Below, piece by piece: positions 13,530 through 25,119 of a DNA stretch of 64,000 bases. The notes under the pieces are model-generated. The model was not told where the DNA came from. It ran no database searches and was given only the letters and a program-made list of their open reading frames with translations. Source of the stretch: Eledone cirrhosa (taxonomy: Eukaryota); NCBI GenBank assembly GCA_964016885.1, contig OZ024743.1, forward strand, positions 182,962,001 through 183,026,000, given 5' to 3'. A program made the position numbers and the translations under genes. Numbering within the stretch: position 1 is the stretch's first letter; every line of letters starts with the position of its first letter.

Positions 13530-14589
13530 TTATATGCATTTAAAAAAAGAAAAAGTCGTTTTCAAACGATGGTTACAGTATAGAGAACGTTCAATTTTGC
13601 TGTTCAAAAGTTTGTTTACCGACGTTAAAATGCAGTATATCTCTAAGTTGCATAACTTGCAGAATCGATGATTTTGCTGATATGCAGGCGCAGCTGCAAT
13701 AATTTGCCAATCAAGGGAGAACGCTTGATTGTTCCTCCGAAGCTGCCAGGCTTTATCGGCGAGGGTTGTTACGGAGCGCATTTTCTCGTGCCTGATCGAA
13801 GATCGATGTTGGTATAGGCGAGCCTTGAAAGAAGTTGCGGTACATCCGACGTAATACCATTTGTTGGTCCCGGAATTTATTGTACACCGGTAGACAATAT
13901 TGCGTGCTAGGCACTGGTTATTCAGTGGGCACGTACCTGGTTTGGTGCAGTTACAACTATTTTTATGTTTTGCAGTAGAATCCTGGATAGTTTGGTGGGG
14001 TTGTGGTTGCGTGTTAGTGCGTTGCATGTTGCTATGCTGGTGCGCTGAGTCATTAGGGATGTACTTATTTAGTATTGCTGAGTTGAGTTTTCTAATTAGT
14101 TGTTCTATGTTAGGTGCAGTGGAGTATGAGAGTCTAATGGTGCGCGAGTTAAAGATTTTATAGTATTTATGTGAAGTTGTAAAGCGTTTATTGGTTAGTG
14201 TATAGAATTGTGAGATAATCTTAGTGCTAATAGAAGAATTGTACACGGGGTTATACCATATGTACTCTCTACGTCTGACTCTATTTGCTGGTTTGCACCT
14301 GTTAGTATGCCTATTGATGTGTGTGGTGCAATACTAGTTCGACTTAGATGTGTTTTATTCCTAGTACTTATGTGGTTATCGTCTAGATATTCAATTTTCT
14401 CGCAGTAACCAGCTTTTCTAAGTGCGTCATTATAATATTCAGCATGCTCGTTGAAGGTTTGCAAATTAGACGACAGTCGGGAGATCCTTATGGATATATT
14501 TTTAGGGATAGATTTAATAATGGAATGAGGATGGTTCGATTTTACATTAACGTACTTAAGATTTTCATTAAGTTTGTGAAATGGCTCTA
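13530..14589 (-). pseudogene. Inverted copy of the RT thumb + GIY-YIG region
   Basis: ORF 13530-14246 is identical to 15944-16660 except KRF versus KHF. Confidence 0.93.
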
Positions 14590-14597
14590 ACCCTCTT

Positions 14598-15995
14598 TTG
14601 GATTCTTTCGAACAGGACTTAATGAAAATGATAACCGGAATCAAATTTACAAACGGAAGGAAAAACGAACTGCAACGAGATATTAAAACTCTACTCAACA
14701 ACCTAAGGAATACCAAAGGAATTATCATAAAGGCAGACAAAACTTCGAATCTATACACCCTGGATGTAGAAACATATAACAATTTTATACGTAAGGAATT
14801 ACATAGGAAATACAAAAAAACAAACGCAACTACACTAACCAACATTAATAACGCAGCATGTGATATTGTTAGGAAACTGAAAATTGACGACAGAACGGTA
14901 CCCCTATCCCCAGCTACACCGACTTTTAATCTGAAGGACCATAAGGATAACTTCGATACTAACCCTAAAATTAGATTAATATGTCCTTCAAAGTCCGATA
15001 TAGGTAAGATTAGTAAGTACATATTAGATCGTATTATCCCCCAAGTTAAGGCTAAGGTAGATATTAAATTATGGGGTAACACTCACCAGGCAATAAGATG
15101 GTTCAATAACATTAGGGACAAAAACAAATCTTCTTTTATTCAATTCGATATAGATGAATACTATTCCTCTATTTCACCCGAAACCCTGCATAAGGCCCTC
15201 TCTTTCGCTAAGACTAACTCGGACCTCACAAACGAGGAAATTAATATTATACTTGAAGCTAGACGCACAGTAGTGCACTTTGAAAATAGTTATTGGGTCC
15301 GCAGGGATAGACCCTCGGAATTCGACATTACGATGGGTTCTAATGATTCGGCGGAGGTCACGGATTTGGTTGGGATCTATATAGCCCATAGACTCCAGAG
15401 CGAATTTACGGACCTCCACGGCGGAATATACCGCGACGATACACTTCTATTAGTCAAGAATATGAACAAACAAAACCTAGAAAGGCGGCGTAAAAACATT
15501 AGGAAACTTTTCTTAGAACTAGGGCTTAATATTACCTTTGAACACAATCTTAAGGTGGTCAACTTCTTGGATGTTACCTTCAACCTTAATAACGGTAATA
15601 TAGAGCCATTTCACAAACTTAATGAAAATCTTAAGTACGTTAATGTAAAATCGAACCATCCTCATTCCATTATTAAATCTATCCCTAAAAATATATCCAT
15701 AAGGATCTCCCGACTGTCGTCTAATTTGCAAACCTTCAACGAGCATGCTGAATATTATAATGACGCACTTAGAAAAGCTGGTTACTGCGAGAAAATTGAA
15801 TATCTAGACGATAACCACATAAGTACTAGGAATAAAACACATCTAAGTCGAACTAGTATTGCACCACACACATCAATAGGCATACTAACAGGTGCAAACC
15901 AGCAAATAGAGTCAGACGTAGAGAGTACATATGGTATAACCCCGTGTACAATTCTTCTATTAGCACTAAGATTATCTCACAATTCTATACACTAA
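14598..15995 (+). CDS. Penelope-type reverse transcriptase, 5'-truncated; frameshifted relative to the endonuclease
   Basis: Motifs IKADKT, KDHK...RLI, QFDIDEYYSSI, MGSNDSAEVTDLVG, YRDD, NFLDVTF, SNHP. Confidence 0.93.
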   Translation: MDSFEQDLMKMITGIKFTNGRKNELQRDIKTLLNNLRNTKGIIIKADKTSNLYTLDVETYNNFIRKELHRKYKKTNATTLTNINNAACDIVRKLKIDDRTVPLSPATPTFNLKDHKDNFDTNPKIRLICPSKSDIGKISKYILDRIIPQVKAKVDIKLWGNTHQAIRWFNNIRDKNKSSFIQFDIDEYYSSISPETLHKALSFAKTNSDLTNEEINIILEARRTVVHFENSYWVRRDRPSEFDITMGSNDSAEVTDLVGIYIAHRLQSEFTDLHGGIYRDDTLLLVKNMNKQNLERRRKNIRKLFLELGLNITFEHNLKVVNFLDVTFNLNNGNIEPFHKLNENLKYVNVKSNHPHSIIKSIPKNISIRISRLSSNLQTFNEHAEYYNDALRKAGYCEKIEYLDDNHISTRNKTHLSRTSIAPHTSIGILTGANQQIESDVESTYGITPCTILLLALRLSHNSIH

Positions 15996-16660
15996 CCAAT
16001 AAACACTTTACAACTTCACATAAATACTATAAAATCTTTAACTCGCGCACCATTAGACTCTCATACTCCACTGCACCTAACATAGAACAACTAATTAGAA
16101 AACTCAACTCAGCAATACTAAATAAGTACATCCCTAATGACTCAGCGCACCAGCATAGCAACATGCAACGCACTAACACGCAACCACAACCCCACCAAAC
16201 TATCCAGGATTCTACTGCAAAACATAAAAATAGTTGTAACTGCACCAAACCAGGTACGTGCCCACTGAATAACCAGTGCCTAGCACGCAATATTGTCTAC
16301 CGGTGTACAATAAATTCCGGGACCAACAAATGGTATTACGTCGGATGTACCGCAACTTCTTTCAAGGCTCGCCTATACCAACATCGATCTTCGATCAGGC
16401 ACGAGAAAATGCGCTCCGTAACAACCCTCGCCGATAAAGCCTGGCAGCTTCGGAGGAACAATCAAGCGTTCTCCCTTGATTGGCAAATTATTGCAGCTGC
16501 GCCTGCATATCAGCAAAATCATCGATTCTGCAAGTTATGCAACTTAGAGATATACTGCATTTTAACGTCGGTAAACAAACTTTTGAACAGCAAAATTGAA
16601 CGTTCTCTATACTGTAACCATCGTTTGAAAACGACTTTTTCTTTTTTTAAATGCATATAA
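15857..16660 (+). CDS. GIY-YIG endonuclease of the Penelope-like element
   Basis: Frame open from 15857: RRREYIWYNP, CNCTKPGTCPLNNQC, IVYRC...YYVGCT..FKAR...H, CKLCNLE, LLNSKIE...CNH. Confidence 0.92.
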   Translation, partial: YCTTHINRHTNRCKPANRVRRREYIWYNPVYNSSISTKIISQFYTLTNKHFTTSHKYYKIFNSRTIRLSYSTAPNIEQLIRKLNSAILNKYIPNDSAHQHSNMQRTNTQPQPHQTIQDSTAKHKNSCNCTKPGTCPLNNQCLARNIVYRCTINSGTNKWYYVGCTATSFKARLYQHRSSIRHEKMRSVTTLADKAWQLRRNNQAFSLDWQIIAAAPAYQQNHRFCKLCNLEIYCILTSVNKLLNSKIERSLYCNHRLKTTFSFFKCI

Positions 16661-17070
16661 TGTTACCTTTTTACACCAACGTTTGCAAATTTCTGTTTTA
16701 TATGTTTATACACTAGATATGGCTTTCTATAATAATAGTACTAAACACTGTTTTTCTGGACCCCTTTAGAAATAACCTGCTACTATAATAGCCCTAATAA
16801 CTTGTCTGTGACATTGTACCACTTTGACCCCTCTAACTGAATTTTGTCCGAACAACACCACTAGAAGTATCTACTTCCCAGCCAACCTTAGCACGCCTCA
16901 TTAAGCTAACTGCTGCCAAAACATTCTCTCTTCACAATCTCTACTAGTCTGACAGTCTTAAACCCTAAGACTCCCTCCACCTTACTCACTTCCCTCTTCC
17001 CCTTCTATTCCTACCTCCTTCTTTATCTTTTATCTAGTGTATAAAATATTTTCATATCATTCTAATACAA

Positions 17071-17187
17071 AGGCCTGATGACATGGTGTGTTGGCTTACA
17101 GTGTACTTTCGGTTTTTGATAATATTTGTGTATTATTCAAATAGCGAGGTATAGGTAACTCATACACTATAGAAACAATTGTTACCT
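17071..17187 (+). ncRNA. Hammerhead-ribozyme-like motif with long stem II (mirror copy 12798-12914, minus)
   Basis: agg-c-CTGATGA-[~90-nt fold-back]-GAAA-CAATTG-TT-a-cct; palindromic stem III; non-canonical GUU triplet and one stem I mismatch. Confidence 0.55.
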
Positions 17188-17331
17188 AATAAATTCTATA
17201 TACCCGCATTTCCATTTCGTAAATTTTTTCTTCATATTTTCTCCGGATTTTAAAACACTTTATTATACGTTGAGCAATCTCTGACGTCAGTTGACTCCAC
17301 CCAATGCAACTACTTAGTAACATTGGAATAC

Positions 17332-17786
<455 letters not shown>

Positions 17787-18152
17787 GGAGGTATATGGCT
17801 TAGTGGTTAGAGCATGGAGGCACATGGCTTAGTGGTTAGAGCACTGGGCTTGCAATCGAAAGATTGTGAGTTCAATTCTCAGACCGGGTGATGTGTTGTT
17901 TCCTTGAGCAAGACACTTTATTTCACATTGCTCCAGTTTACTCAGCCGTAGAAATGAGATGAAAGGGACTGGGGTCCCTATCATTCCACTGCAAAGTGGT
18001 CGTGGAGGTGCCACGGCAAAAAAGCACCCAGCACTCACTGTAAATGAGGTTGGTGTTAGGGAGGGCATCCAGCTGTAGAAATCAAGCCAGAATCAGTTCC
18101 CGTCCCACCCTTGCAAGCAGGGAAAAGCGGACGTAAAATGATGATGATGATG
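17787..18152 (+). mobile_element. tRNA-derived CORE-type SINE with duplicated 29-bp head and RTE-derived tail
   Basis: A box tggcttagtgg, B box gagttcaattc, CORE-like segment, tail cccacccttgcaagcagggaaaagcggacgtaaaa(tga)n; head repeated at 17787 and 17816. Confidence 0.88.
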
Positions 18153-18312
18153 ATATATATATATATAAGTAAAGAAATATTTAATTTGCTGGTAATTCAA
18201 CAAATTTATTTATTATAACAGATTCGAAGCACTCTACAAGTTTCCTGGAGTATAATATCAATGATATTAATAATATTAATAAATGGAAACTATATTTATA
18301 AAACCATATTTA

Positions 18313-18369
18313 TTTTATTATATATATATTTCAAGGGTACCAAAAAAAAAAAAACTTCTTCAGATAAAA
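18313..18369 (-). ncRNA. Degenerate minimal hammerhead motif in a Penelope terminal-repeat remnant (~18170-18445)
   Basis: Minus strand: ttttat-CTGAAGA-ag(t)nggtaccctt-GAAA-tatatata-TA-ataaaa; flanks resemble 46350-46460. Confidence 0.6.
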
Positions 18370-18448
18370 TACAAAATTTGTTTTATAAATAGTGACATAC
18401 TCGATAAACCAAACCTTATTGTTTCAGGTTCTATTTGGATAATGAAAA

Positions 18449-18605
18449 AAGTCCTACCTAAGCTGTCACAGTTTTCCATATCAGTAAAACAGCAGCTGCT
18501 CAATAATATTTGATCAATATGTGTCAATACAGGCGGTTGATCAAATATTATTGAGCATCTGCTGTTTTACTGATATGGAAAACTATGACAGCTTAGATAG
18601 GACTT
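18449..18605. repeat. Inverted repeat, ~69-bp arms with a 19-nt loop
   Basis: 18449-18517 pairs with 18537-18605 with about 3 mismatches. Confidence 0.9.
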
Positions 18606-18639
18606 AACGTGAAAATAAGATATTAACATAACATAATGG

Positions 18640-18945
18640 GAGGGGGGGGGGTAGAGTGGCAGGATCGGTAGAGTGTTGGGCATCATGCTTCACGGTATAG
18701 ACTTATGGCACTAATACTACATAATGAGGGGGTGGAGTGGCAGGATCGGTAGAGCGTTGGGCATCATGCTTCCCAGTATAAAGTTATGGCTCTTTACGTT
18801 CTGATTTCAAATTCCACCGAGGCTAGTTTTTGCCTTTCTCCTTACAGGGTCAATAAAATAAAATACCAGTAATGCACTGAGGTCTATTTAATTGACTTCC
18901 CCTCCCCCCAAAAAACTGCTGGCCTTGTGCCTAAATCAGACACCA
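18640..18945 (+). mobile_element. Truncated SINE head followed by a full Meta-like SINE
   Basis: gtggcaggatcggtagag.gttgggcatcatgcttc occurs twice; second copy continues into gcctttctccttacagggtcaataaaataaaataccag. Confidence 0.75.
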
Positions 18946-19043
18946 TTAATACTACATAGTTGAAAATATATAAAGAAAGTTGGGAATTGTTGTAGTGGTC
19001 TATGGATATATTTAGGAGAAGATATCTGCGGTCCTCCTATCTT

Positions 19044-19270
19044 TCAGAGAGGTGCACCCTGGTAGGTGGAGAGAATACTGAGGTGATTTCCTGAAACTTG
19101 GTCACAACAGTATTTTCTGATATATGAGCTTGGCTTGGTCTTACTTGGCGATCCAGTTGAATCATTTGGAGAAGGTTGCTTCTGACAAGATCTGCTGGAA
19201 GTTATGCACTTGAGAACTCTGCCCCTATCGCCACGATTCTCCCAGGAATATGTGGATGAAGAAGAAGATT
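19044..19270 (+). mobile_element. Degenerate RTE 3' end (family of 45830-46090 and 54590-54792)
   Basis: gagcttggcttggtcttacttg...tctgacaagatctgctggaag...gagaactctgcccc, with GAA tail. Confidence 0.6.
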
Positions 19271-19514
19271 GTACTGGGTGCATTTTATTGTAACACCAGC
19301 ACTCGAGAGTTTGTTGTGACTGGAAGATCCTCTCTTTCTACATGATTTCTATGGCTGGATGCCCTTCCTATCACCAACCACTTTACAGAGTATACTAGGT
19401 ACATTTTATTGTAACACCAGCTGTGTACTCTATATGAGTGGTGGTTGTACTCTGTATGATGGTGATATTGTTGATGCTGTTGTGCTGTTTCTATTTACCT
19501 CCAGGTGGACTTTG

Positions 19515-19955
19515 ATCCAGCAGCCCTTTGACTCTGTAGCCCTTTGACCCAGTAGCCTTATGACCCTGTAGCCCTTTGACCCAGTAGCCTTATGACTCAG
19601 TAGCCTCATGACCCTGTAGCCCTTTGACCCAGTATCCCTATGACCCTGTAAACCTATGACCCAGTAGCCTTAAGACCCAGTAGCCCTACGACCCTGCAGA
19701 CCTATGACCCAGTAGCCCTATGACCCCATAGCCCTATGATCCAGCAGCCCTTTGACCCAGCAGCCCTATGACCCTGTAGCCATATGATCTTGTTGACCTA
19801 TGATCCTGTACACCTATGATATTGTAGACCTATGACCCTGTAGACGTATGATCCTGCAGCCCTATGATCCTGTACACATATGACCCTGTAGTCATATGAC
19901 CCTGTAGACCTATGACCCTGTAGGCCTATGATACTGTAGGCCTATGATACTGTAA
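19515..19955. repeat. 16-bp minisatellite (~27 copies)
   Basis: Unit approximately tatgaccc(t/a)gtagccc. Confidence 0.9.
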
Positions 19956-20238
19956 CTCAATGATCAAAGATGTGTTACCTGTGACCGACTCAGCCTTTTA
20001 GTAGTTTCTAGAATTCATGTGTTGGACAGGTTGCTATAGTCTAAGGCTAGACAGGTCAGGTGACCATATCTTGCTCATATGTTCCATATTTGGCATGGAT
20101 GCCCTTCCTAAAACTAACCACTTTTCAAGGGTTGGCTTTCAACCCAACCCAACTTGACCTGACCTGATCCGATTTGACCCACCTTGACTCGATCCAACCT
20201 GCCCCGATCCAATCCAGTCTGATCCAATGTGACCCAAT

Positions 20239-23200
20239 CATGGATGTACCACTAGGGGTCATGACCATCACAAAGGGGCGCTTAGTTCATAGATGTGACA
20301 CTAGGAGTCACGACCGTCACAAAGGGACGCAACTCTTATACATTCTGAGTTCCAGCCATAAGGAGTCGCTACAGTACTCTCTTCCAGATGATAGGCGAAA
20401 AGCCCGAAGGTAATTGTAGTGAACCCACAGGCATGGGCTCCCAGCACAGGCATGAAATAGTAACGAAAACTGAAAAGGTATATGTATACATAGTTCAATA
20501 AAAGAAAGAGAAAAACAAAAAAGGCTCCAGTGGCCAGTTCACATAAAAACAGTTTGGCAGAGTTTTTTGGGCCAGTGGACTCTTCGACTGGAACGGGTCG
20601 TGGTCTTGTATGTAGGTGAAGGTGGGGCAGAAGGAGCAGGTGTATGCACAAGAGAGAAAAATTTGGGTATTTGTGGCTCGGGTGTATGAGCGTCATTGTA
20701 TGCCCTTTTTAGTCTATCCACCGAAATTGTCTCTCTGTGAAATGTTTGTCAGTGCGCACTAACACACGGTAGGGTCCAGAGTACGGCTGTGTGAGGAGTG
20801 GAGTAACAGCGTCGTTTCTGATGAATACATGTGTCCACAAGGCAATATCCCTCGGGACTGCAGCTTTAATAGTTTGTTTCCTAGTATTCATAGGCGGTAA
20901 GTTCTGAAAATAGGAGCACAAACGAGATATGTAGGAGAGAGGATCCTGAAAAGCAAGATCAACAGGGGCAAGCATTTGCCCAGGCAATGCTAGAGGAGCA
21001 CCATACAGTAATTCGGCCGGGGAGAACCCAAGGTCCTTCTTTATTGATGACAGAATTCCTAATAACACAATAGGAAGGTACTCGCTCCAGCGGCAGCGAT
21101 GAAGAATATGGGGCTGACCGTTGGAGCATTGGCTTTCCGGCCACAAATTGAAAAACCGGTGATGTCATCCACCAGGCGTTGGCCACAGACATCCACAGTC
21201 AAAGAGAAGTTGTGGAGGAAATCGGCGACCGTAAAAATCCACTTAAAATCCCTACGAAGATTTAGCAATTTGAGACGAAGCGAGATTTGTCCGTACGTCT
21301 TTATAGATGAGTGGTTAACGGCCTGCAGAGTAACGGATGACTCCACGGGGGTATCTTTCAGGCAATGGACCAGCCAAATACTACAGGGGGCTACTGTATC
21401 CACGAGGAAACCTCTTCCCGACATAAGGTCCTTAATGAAGAAATGGCAGTTTGGTGGCTTTATGCTGAGGTCAACTGCCCCCGTCAGCGGACCTCTTTGC
21501 CGTTTCCCGCCTTCTGAAACGAGCAAGGTTGCACGCAGTAGTTCGCGCTCTCGGCAAAACGCTCGTGGTACCAGCATAAAGATGAAGCTGGTGACCTGGG
21601 GCGGCGTCTAAAAGAGTGAGATCTCCCGCGGCTGCGCGAGAATGAACGGGCACCACACCAGACCTTCATCTTCTGGAGCTCCAGGGTGAGTTCCTGAATG
21701 GCCTTCTGCATCGCCATAATGGCTAAGCTGTCTGTAGGAGTTGCGGCGCATATGGCATGGCCAGGTGTGGCCTGAGCTGGTTGGGAAACAGCAGCAAGGG
21801 CTTCGCTGCCTCCAGCACCCGTGACTTCAAAAACTTTGTCCGCAGAGGCGGCAAGCTGATCCACTGTGCAAGTATCCCTAATGGGGGCCAAAATTGCCTG
21901 TACGTTGGTCGGTAGGTGCGAGAAGAACAACTGCTTCAACATGGCAGATTCCGTTACCGACCCCTCCGTTAGGTCCTTCATTCACCTTAGGAGGTTCGAT
22001 GGGGTGCCATCACCGATTTGCTCCATATGGACCAGAGCCCTAAATCTTTTCTCTGCACACTGTGCAGTCCGGCTGAGTATTTCAGCCTTCGGAGACTTGT
22101 ACGTCGCGTCGGTGGGTGTCTCTAATACTAGGTCCTTAATCGCTGGGATAAGTGCCGGCGGAATTGCACTAAGGACTAGGGGACGTTGTTGTGCCTCGTC
22201 GATTCTGTTCGCCTCGAAAAATGCTTCGAGTTGGGCGAACCATAACCTTATGTCGCCCGTGTACGTAGGGAGAACAGAATGAGATGCCATTGGTATACAG
22301 TAGGTAATCGGCCAAAATTTGTCTCCGTTTGGAAAAATATCTCCAACACGAGGGAAAAGAAAACAAATTCGCTTGTTTTTCTCTGTCAAACAACTGGACA
22401 GGAAAAAGAATGCATCCGAGATTATATGTAAAGGAGCGACTAACCGCATTAATAATACATAGTCAGCGAATTTAAAACGAAAACCAATATGGCGGACGAT
22501 TTCGCGCCAAAAACACTTTTGATGGAGAAGATCTTGTCATCCTCAAAAATGTTTAGCCAAAGAAAAGAAGAAAATACATTCATACAATTGTTCTGTTTTG
22601 CTAGGAAGCTAGCAGCAATATTATCTTTTTTTTTTTTTTTTTTTTTTTTTGTGTTTGTGTGTAAATTATTAGAATGTTCGCTTTGCACATATGAGGAGTT
22701 TGATGGTTAAATGTTACAGAGAAAGATGCTGAAATCAGTAAAATACAGCCAGATCAGAATGAAGCATGTTGTTCTGTATTAAATGTTTTTTTTTTTGTTT
22801 TTTTTATATACACATAATACCGCCTCCTATTTTTTTTTTCCGGTGTCACCAATTTAGAAGGTTAGTATCAGTGTATATATTATTAAAAAGAACAATAATG
22901 GCTGGTGCATGTTTGTACAATGGTTTTACTTCACAGAAGTCAATAATAATAATAGAAACATTTTTATCACGTGTTGTGATGGTGAGTTGGTCTCAACTCC
23001 CAGACTGGAGCGTGTAGAGAAGAGAGAGAGAGAAGACAGGAGTCATCTCTTCATAAGACAGGATTCATCTCTAGGGAGAGAAAGCAGAAATCTTCTCTTC
23101 ATAAGGTTGAAGTGGTCCTTTCAGCTGCGGCGTAGGAAGTGAGAGCCTGAATGGCCTCAAGTTCTCAAATATATAGTCCTCATGGGGACGTAACTCCAGT

Positions 23201-23340
23201 TAGTTCATGGATGTACCACTAGGGGTCACAGCCGTCACAAAGGGACGTTTAGTTCATGGATGTGACACTAGGGGTCACAACCGTCGCAAAGGGACGCAAC
23301 TCTTATACGTTCTGAGTTCCAGCCGTAAGGGGTCGCTACA
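20239..23340 (-). mobile_element. Defective Gypsy LTR retrotransposon lacking RT/RNase H; 3' LTR truncated
   Basis: LTR starts TGTAGCG at 23340 and 20373 (135 bp shared: 23206-23340 vs 20239-20373); PBS-like TGGTGACACCGG at 22851-22840; PPT ggaagagagtac; gag (LWFAQLEAFF...LCWYHERF), protease FLVDTVAPCSI, integrase C-terminus (SPAELLYG, PYSGPYRV). Confidence 0.92.
21484..22289 (-). pseudogene. Gypsy gag interrupted by one in-frame stop near 21982
   Basis: ORFs 21982-22449 and 21484-21981 are in the same frame; Cys/His motif CWYHERFAESANYCVQPC. Confidence 0.85.
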
Positions 23341-24269
23341 AGTACCTCTATGGAAGAAACCAGCTGTATTCACTCCTAGGAAGAGATGAGTGCTTCTATG
23401 GAAGAAACCAGCTGTATTCACTCCTGGGAAGAGATGAGTGCCTCTATGGAAGAAACCAGCTGTATTCACTCCTGGGAAGAGATGAGTGCCTCTATGGAAG
23501 AAACCAGCTGTGTTCACTCCTGGGAAGAGATGAGTGCCTCTATGGAAGAAACCAGCTGTGTTCACTCCTGGGAAGAGATGAGTGCCTCTATGGAAGAAAC
23601 CAGCTGTATTCACTCCTGGGAAGAGATGAGTGCCTCTATGGAAGAAACCAGCTGTATTCACTCCTGGGAAGAGATGAGTGCCTCTATGGAAGAAACCAGC
23701 TGTATTCACTCCTGGGAAGAGATGAGTGCTTCTATGGAAGAAACCAGCTGTGTTCACTCCTGGGAAGAGATGAGTGCCTCTATGGAAGAAACCAGCTGTA
23801 TTCACTCCTGGGAAGAGATGAGTGCCTCTATGGAAGAAACCAGCTGTGTTCACTCCTGGGAAGAGATGAGTGCCTCTATGGAAGAAACCAGCTGTGTTCA
23901 CTCCTGGGAAGAGATGAGTGCCTCTATGGAAGAAACCAGCTGTATTCACTCCTGGGAAGAGATGAGTGCCTCTATGGAAGAAACCAGCTGTATTCACTCC
24001 TGGGAAGAGATGAGTGCCTCTATGGAAGAAACCAGCTGTGTTCACTCCTGGGAAGAGATGAGTGCCTCTATGGAAGAAACCAGCTGTATTCACTCCTGGG
24101 AAGAGATGAGTGCCTCTATGGAAGAAACCAGCTGTATTCACTCCTGGGAAGAGATGAGTGCCTCTATGGAAGAAACCAGCTGTGTTCACTCCTGGGAAGA
24201 GATGAGTGCCTCTATGGAAGAAACCAGCTGTGTTCACTCCTGGGAAGAGATGAGTGCCTCTATGGAAGA
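23341..24269. repeat. 48-bp minisatellite (~19 copies) abutting the LTR
   Basis: Unit agtgcctctatggaagaaaccagctgt(a/g)ttcactcctgggaagagatg; followed by (ATG/GTG)n to ~24385. Confidence 0.97.
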
Positions 24270-25119
24270 GGCAATGGTGGTGGTGATGATAGTGGGGGTA
24301 ATAGTGGTGATGATGATGATGATGGTGGTGGTGGTAATGGTGGTGATGGTGATGATGGTGGTAATAATGATGATGGTGGTGATTTCTCTGCATCAGACTT
24401 TTCTAATTAATATCTACTTCCATTTGTCACTACGACAACTGAAAATAATCATTAGACTCATTCTTTACCTTGGTGATATTGATATTTCCTTCTGTGGCTG
24501 GTAATTATATCTTTGGTGTGGTGTATTGTAGGTGTATAGTAGGTCTGTTGTAGTTCTATTGTAGGTCTATTTTAGGGCTTTTAGTGAACTGGTCATAAGG
24601 TTATTTACTCTAGTAGATAACACTGTATACCAATTACCAATTTAATAATTTGATAAGTGAAGGAACACAAGAATATGTAAGGAAAGCAGGAAGCAAGATG
24701 ATGAGATGCAGACAGGAAATAACATATATGATAACAACGATAAGTCTTCTCAACAGTATGTGAAGGTAGTTTTTCTTTATTCGTGTGCTTGTGTGTGTGT
24801 TACAATGATTAAATGACATACCTGTGACTTGCTTTGTTAATCCTTGTAAGAAGGATTGGAATACATCTGAGCTGAGCCTTATGATATAGGTCCTCAGCAG
24901 ATGTGTTGCAGAAGAGAGTAAGTGAGCAAGAGAGGTTGAGTGACGTCAGAACACTCCCTTATATACTGGTCACGGGGAAGTAACTCCAAATAGTTTTGGT
25001 TCCCTGGAGAGATGGCGCTAGTCACTACCGGCTATTGTAGGTCTATTGTAGTTCTATTAATTACTGGCTAGCTACTTCGAGCTAGCGTGAATCCATGTAT
25101 CAATATGATGATACAATAT

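Noticed and set aside
14195-15082. 295-aa chimeric minus-strand ORF across the inversion junction
   Set aside because: Antisense RT sequence fused by the inversion to the duplicated thumb region; no independent support.
15944-16660. Selenocysteine recoding reported for some Naiad elements
   Set aside because: No in-frame TGA in the endonuclease ORF; all Cys positions are ordinary codons.
17816-17890. tRNA gene
   Set aside because: A/B boxes run into CORE-like and RTE-derived sequence; it is a SINE head.
23275-24504. 372-aa repeat proteins on both strands
   Set aside because: Consequence of a 48-bp in-frame unit; equal openness on both strands gives no coding signal.
24620-25030. Possible solo LTR (minus strand gtagtgactagcgccatctc)
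   Set aside because: No TG...CA termini or TSD could be established by eye.
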